A stretch of 39,600 nucleotides of DNA from Squalus acanthias (Eukaryota), in the NCBI GenBank assembly GCA_030390025.1, contig JASTWF010000331.1:496001-535600 (forward strand), written 5' to 3'. Positions 36,120 through 39,600 of the stretch are shown one piece after another; within the stretch, counting starts at the first letter, position 1; every line of letters begins with the position of its first letter. The notes under the pieces were generated by a model, which saw only the letters and a program-made list of their open reading frames with translations, searched no databases and was not told where the DNA came from. The position numbers and the translations under genes are program-made.

Positions 36120-37481
36120 AGATTCTGAAGGGGATTGACAGGGTAGATGCTGAGAGGTTGTTTCCCCTGGCTGGAGTGTCTGGAACTAATCTCAGGATAA
36201 GGTGTAGGCCATTTGAGACTGAGATGAGGAGGAATTTCTTCACTCAGAGGGTTGTGAATCTTTGGAATTCTCTGCCCCAGAGGGCTGTGCATGCTGAGTA
36301 TTTGAGTGTATTCAAGGCTGGGATCGACAGATTTTTGAAATCTTGAGGAATCAAGTGATATAGAGATCAGGCGGGACAGTGGTGTTGAGGTCGATGATCA
36401 GCCATGATCCTATTGAATGGAGGAGCAGACTCGAGGGGCCATATGGCCTACTCCTGCTCTTATTTCTTATGTTCTTTTATTCTTTTATATCGCGGCCACC
36501 CAATACCGTAGAAACTAAAATAGATGCGTTGGCCTCTAATCTGGAACAATTAGCGGCAGGCACTGCTAGTCATCTGGACAAACTGTCGACTATTGCGCAG
36601 AATCTTATAACAGCTCAGGCATCGGGATGGCCCGTGGCGCAAACTACGGGCACGCCTCCGTCCAACTCGAACGGGACTGGAAACCCCCAGTGAGGAGGTC
36701 CGGCCCCGTCGTCCTGGTCTGAAGTGGGGTTCAGACGGAACGGTTATGGCCGACCGGTTGTTTCTGCTTTGCTGCCTGAGGACTGCAGCAAACTCTGCTC
36801 ACAGACACCGCTCCGGCCGAGACGATTTACACACCCCACACCCTGAGCGCCACCTTGTGGCAGGCAAGGGTTACTTTACCATCACCGGTGTTACAGACAT
36901 TCAAGCTTCAGCTTACCAGGGAATAGTATAAGTATTGCTTTGGGCGCGATTCTTGTACAAATTACCGAACCCGTGTATAAGTGTATGACCAATGAAATGG
37001 GAAGTATGGGTAGCAGTGCCCTCTGTGCGGTGACCGCTATTGTGGATTAAAATCAAAGCTGTTTATGGGCTGGTTCGGGACCAGGGGATATCGTGCAAAT
37101 TTCGGATGTCCATTCGGTATTTGCTATTAAAATGCCTGAACATGTTGTCTTGCCGACACATTCACTGCCCGCTGTTAACGCCTTAGTTACGGATCATACA
37201 GCAACTTTTGCTAATCGAAACACGATTGTGCGACAATGGCTGGTGACGTACAAATGAATGGCCCACCCCATCGCGCCTGTAAGTAGTACCCTGTTCCGAG
37301 GGAGAGTATCCCATGTTTGCGAACAGTCATTGCCTCATTGGAAGAACAGGGAGTGTTACGTAGAGGGTCCTTCACCACTAACTCCACGGTATGGCCTGTT
37401 AAGAAGCCAGATGGATCCTGCAGACACACTATTGATTATCCAGCATCAACTAAGGCCTAAATGGCTTACCCCTTATCCGTA

Positions 37482-38120
37482 GACTGTGATCCCTGGTTCT
37501 GGACTACCAAGCCATCGGGAACATCCTCCCTGCATCTAGTCAGTCGAATCCTGTTAGAATTTTATAAGTTTCAATGAGATCCCCTCTCAGTCTTCTAAAC
37601 TCTAGCGAATATAAGCCTAATCGACCCAATCTCTCTTCATAAGTCATTCCTGCGATCCCAGGTATCAGTCTGGTAAATCTTCGCTGCACTCCCTCCATGG
37701 CAAGAACATCCTTCCTCAGATAAGGCGACGAAAACTGCACAAAGTACTTGAGGTGTGGTTTCACCAAGGCCTTGTACAACTGCAGCAAGACATCCTTGCT
37801 CCTGTACTCGAATCCTTTCGCTATGAAGGCCAACATACAATTTGCCTTCTTAACCGCCTGCTGCACCTGCATGCTTACCTTCAGCGACTGGTGCACAAGG
37901 TCTCCCTGATCTCGTTGCACTTCCCCTTTTCCCAATCTATTGCCGTTCAGATAATTATCTGTCTTTCTGTTTTGCCACCAAAGAGGATAACCTCGCATTT
38001 ATCCACATTATACTGCATCTGCCATGCATCTGCCTAATCACCCAACCTGTCCAAATCATACTGGAGTGTCTCTGCATCCTCCTCACAGCACACACGCCCA
38101 CCCAGGTTTGTGTCGTCTCT
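37482..38120 (-). mobile_element. CR1 LINE RT C-terminal fragment
   Basis: ORF 37540-37998: LYKALVKPHL..RRLRGDLIETYKIL. Confidence 0.92.
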
Positions 38121-38227
38121 TGACACGCGTGCTCTATTACATAAAGAAAATTAATATTAATGTCTCACTACTCGCTAGTGACTGGGCAATAATACAATGC
38201 AGCTTTCTGTTTCTATAGAAAGAACTA

Positions 38228-39035
38228 TTCAACAACAACTTCAATTTGTATTTATATCGTGCCTTTAAATAAGTAAAACGTCCCAAGTTGCTTCCATGAG
38301 CGTGATCAATTATAATTAATAGCATGTCAAAGATTTGAACATTCGCACAGCCGACCTAAAGTTGGGTCAAAGAAGGAGCGTCTTAAAGGAGGAGAGAGAG
38401 GCGCAGAGGTTTAGGGAGGGAATTCCAGAGCTTAGGGCCCAGTCGTGAGATGAAGGAATTGGGGGTGGGGCGGTGTATCGATGATATTCCAGATTTGTAG
38501 GGATGCAGACATTTCGGAGGGTTGTAGAGCTGGAGGAGGTTACAGCGATAGGGAGGAGCGAAGCCACAGAGGGATTTGACACAAGGATGATAATTTTAAA
38601 ATGGAGTCATTCGGACCTGGAGGGCAATGTTTATCAGCGAGCACAGGGGTGATGGGTGAACGGGATTTGGGAACAGGCAGCAGCATTTTCGATTAACTTA
38701 AGTTTATGGATGGTGGACGATGGGACGACGTTCAGGGCTGAATAGTAATAGTGGAGTCTAGAGGTAACGAAAACATTGATGAGGTTTCCAACAGCAAATG
38801 GCAGGGCCGGAGACGGGCGTTATTATGGATTTGGAAGTAGGCAGTCTTTGTGATAAAGAAGATATGGAGTCAGAAACTCAGCTCAGCTTGGGGTCAAATA
38901 GGACACCAACATTGCGAACAGTCTGATTCAGCCTGAGACACCGGCCAGGGATGCGGGGAAATGGATAGGTAGGTATTGGGGTTTGTGGGGGCGGGGGGAA
39001 GTCAATGGCTTTGGTCTATACAATGCTTAACTGGA
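38228..39035 (-). mobile_element. L2-type LINE 3' fragment
   Basis: Terminal AACAAC..TATTTATATCGTGCCTTT; reverse strand encodes ..WNSLP..SLSSFKTLL; VRNVGVLFDP-like segment near 38890. Confidence 0.65.
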
Positions 39036-39039
39036 AAAA

Positions 39040-39600
39040 ATTATAGTTAGAATTTACAGCACTGAAACTGTCCATTCAGACCAATAGGTCTATGCCGACT
39101 TTTATGCTCCACACGAACGTCCTCCCACCCTTACTCATTCTATCTGCATATCCTTCTAATCCTTTCTCACTCATGTGCTTATCTAGCGTCCCTCTTAAAT
39201 GCCTCAATGCTATTCACCTCAACTACTCCTGAGTTACAAGTTCCACGTTTCTCCTGATTTCCCTATTGAATTTGTCAGTGACTATTAAATATTGACGGCC
39301 CTAGATTTGGTTTCCCCACAAGTGGAAACGTCTTCTTTACAGATACCCTATCAAACTCTTTCATATTCTTAAAGACCTCTATCAGGTCATCCCTCAGTCT
39401 TATCTTTTCTAGAATAAAGCACCACAACATGTTAGTTCTTCCCTGATAGGTATAACCTTTCAGTTAGGCTACCATCATTGTAAATTGTATTGCACCTTCT
39501 CCAGCGCCTCTACAGCCTTTTTTAACATGGAGACCAGAACTGTGCACAATACTCCAAGTGTGGTCCAACCAGGGTTCTTTACAGGTTTAACTGAACTTCT
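39040..39600 (-). mobile_element. CR1 LINE 3' end (runs off the window)
   Basis: Reverse strand reads VGPHLEYCAQFWSP..LRDDLIEVFKNMK. Confidence 0.88.

Larger units (their letters stand above)
34927..36482 (+). mobile_element. 5'-truncated CR1 LINE (RT + 3' end) inserted in the retroviral gag
   Basis: SQHGFMKGKSC, YLDFQKA, QGSVLGP, KFADDT, VRPHLEYC; ttcttatgttctt tail. Confidence 0.93.
32830..37480 (+). mobile_element. Fragmented endogenous retrovirus-like element (gag-pro-RT), spuma/class III/Loki-like
   Basis: Gag-like pieces at 32830-32953, 34277-34925 and 36485-36693. Protease LLTDTA near 36795-36812. RT N-terminus in one frame at 37221-37455: HDC..K*YPVP..VIASLEEQGVL..TNSTVWPVKKPDGSCRHTIDY. 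Confidence 0.8.

Overview
Repeat-dense vertebrate genomic DNA, most likely from a cartilaginous fish (inferred from the CR1/L2 LINE types, DeuSINE-like pieces, Penelope elements and a GPR139-like GPCR). Host genes: one minus-strand GPR139/142-like GPCR coding exon with a single frameshift (4151-5048), and a CpG-island promoter with a probable first exon on the plus strand (~21770-22760). The rest is mostly decayed CR1/L2 LINEs, five minisatellites, and MITE-like TIR elements embedded in a 49-bp satellite. Three things stand out. (1) Four minimal type-I hammerhead ribozymes in Penelope-type termini, in two families; one pair shows compensatory base changes. (2) A fossil spuma-/Loki-like retroviral gag-pro-RT (~32830-37480), absent from the ORF track as a unit and split by nested Penelope and CR1 insertions. 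It has a TGA-GGA-GGT gag/pro junction resembling a read-through signal. (3) A composite MITE-satellite array. There are no prokaryotic features or CRISPR arrays. Family assignments are from motif recognition, not database searches.
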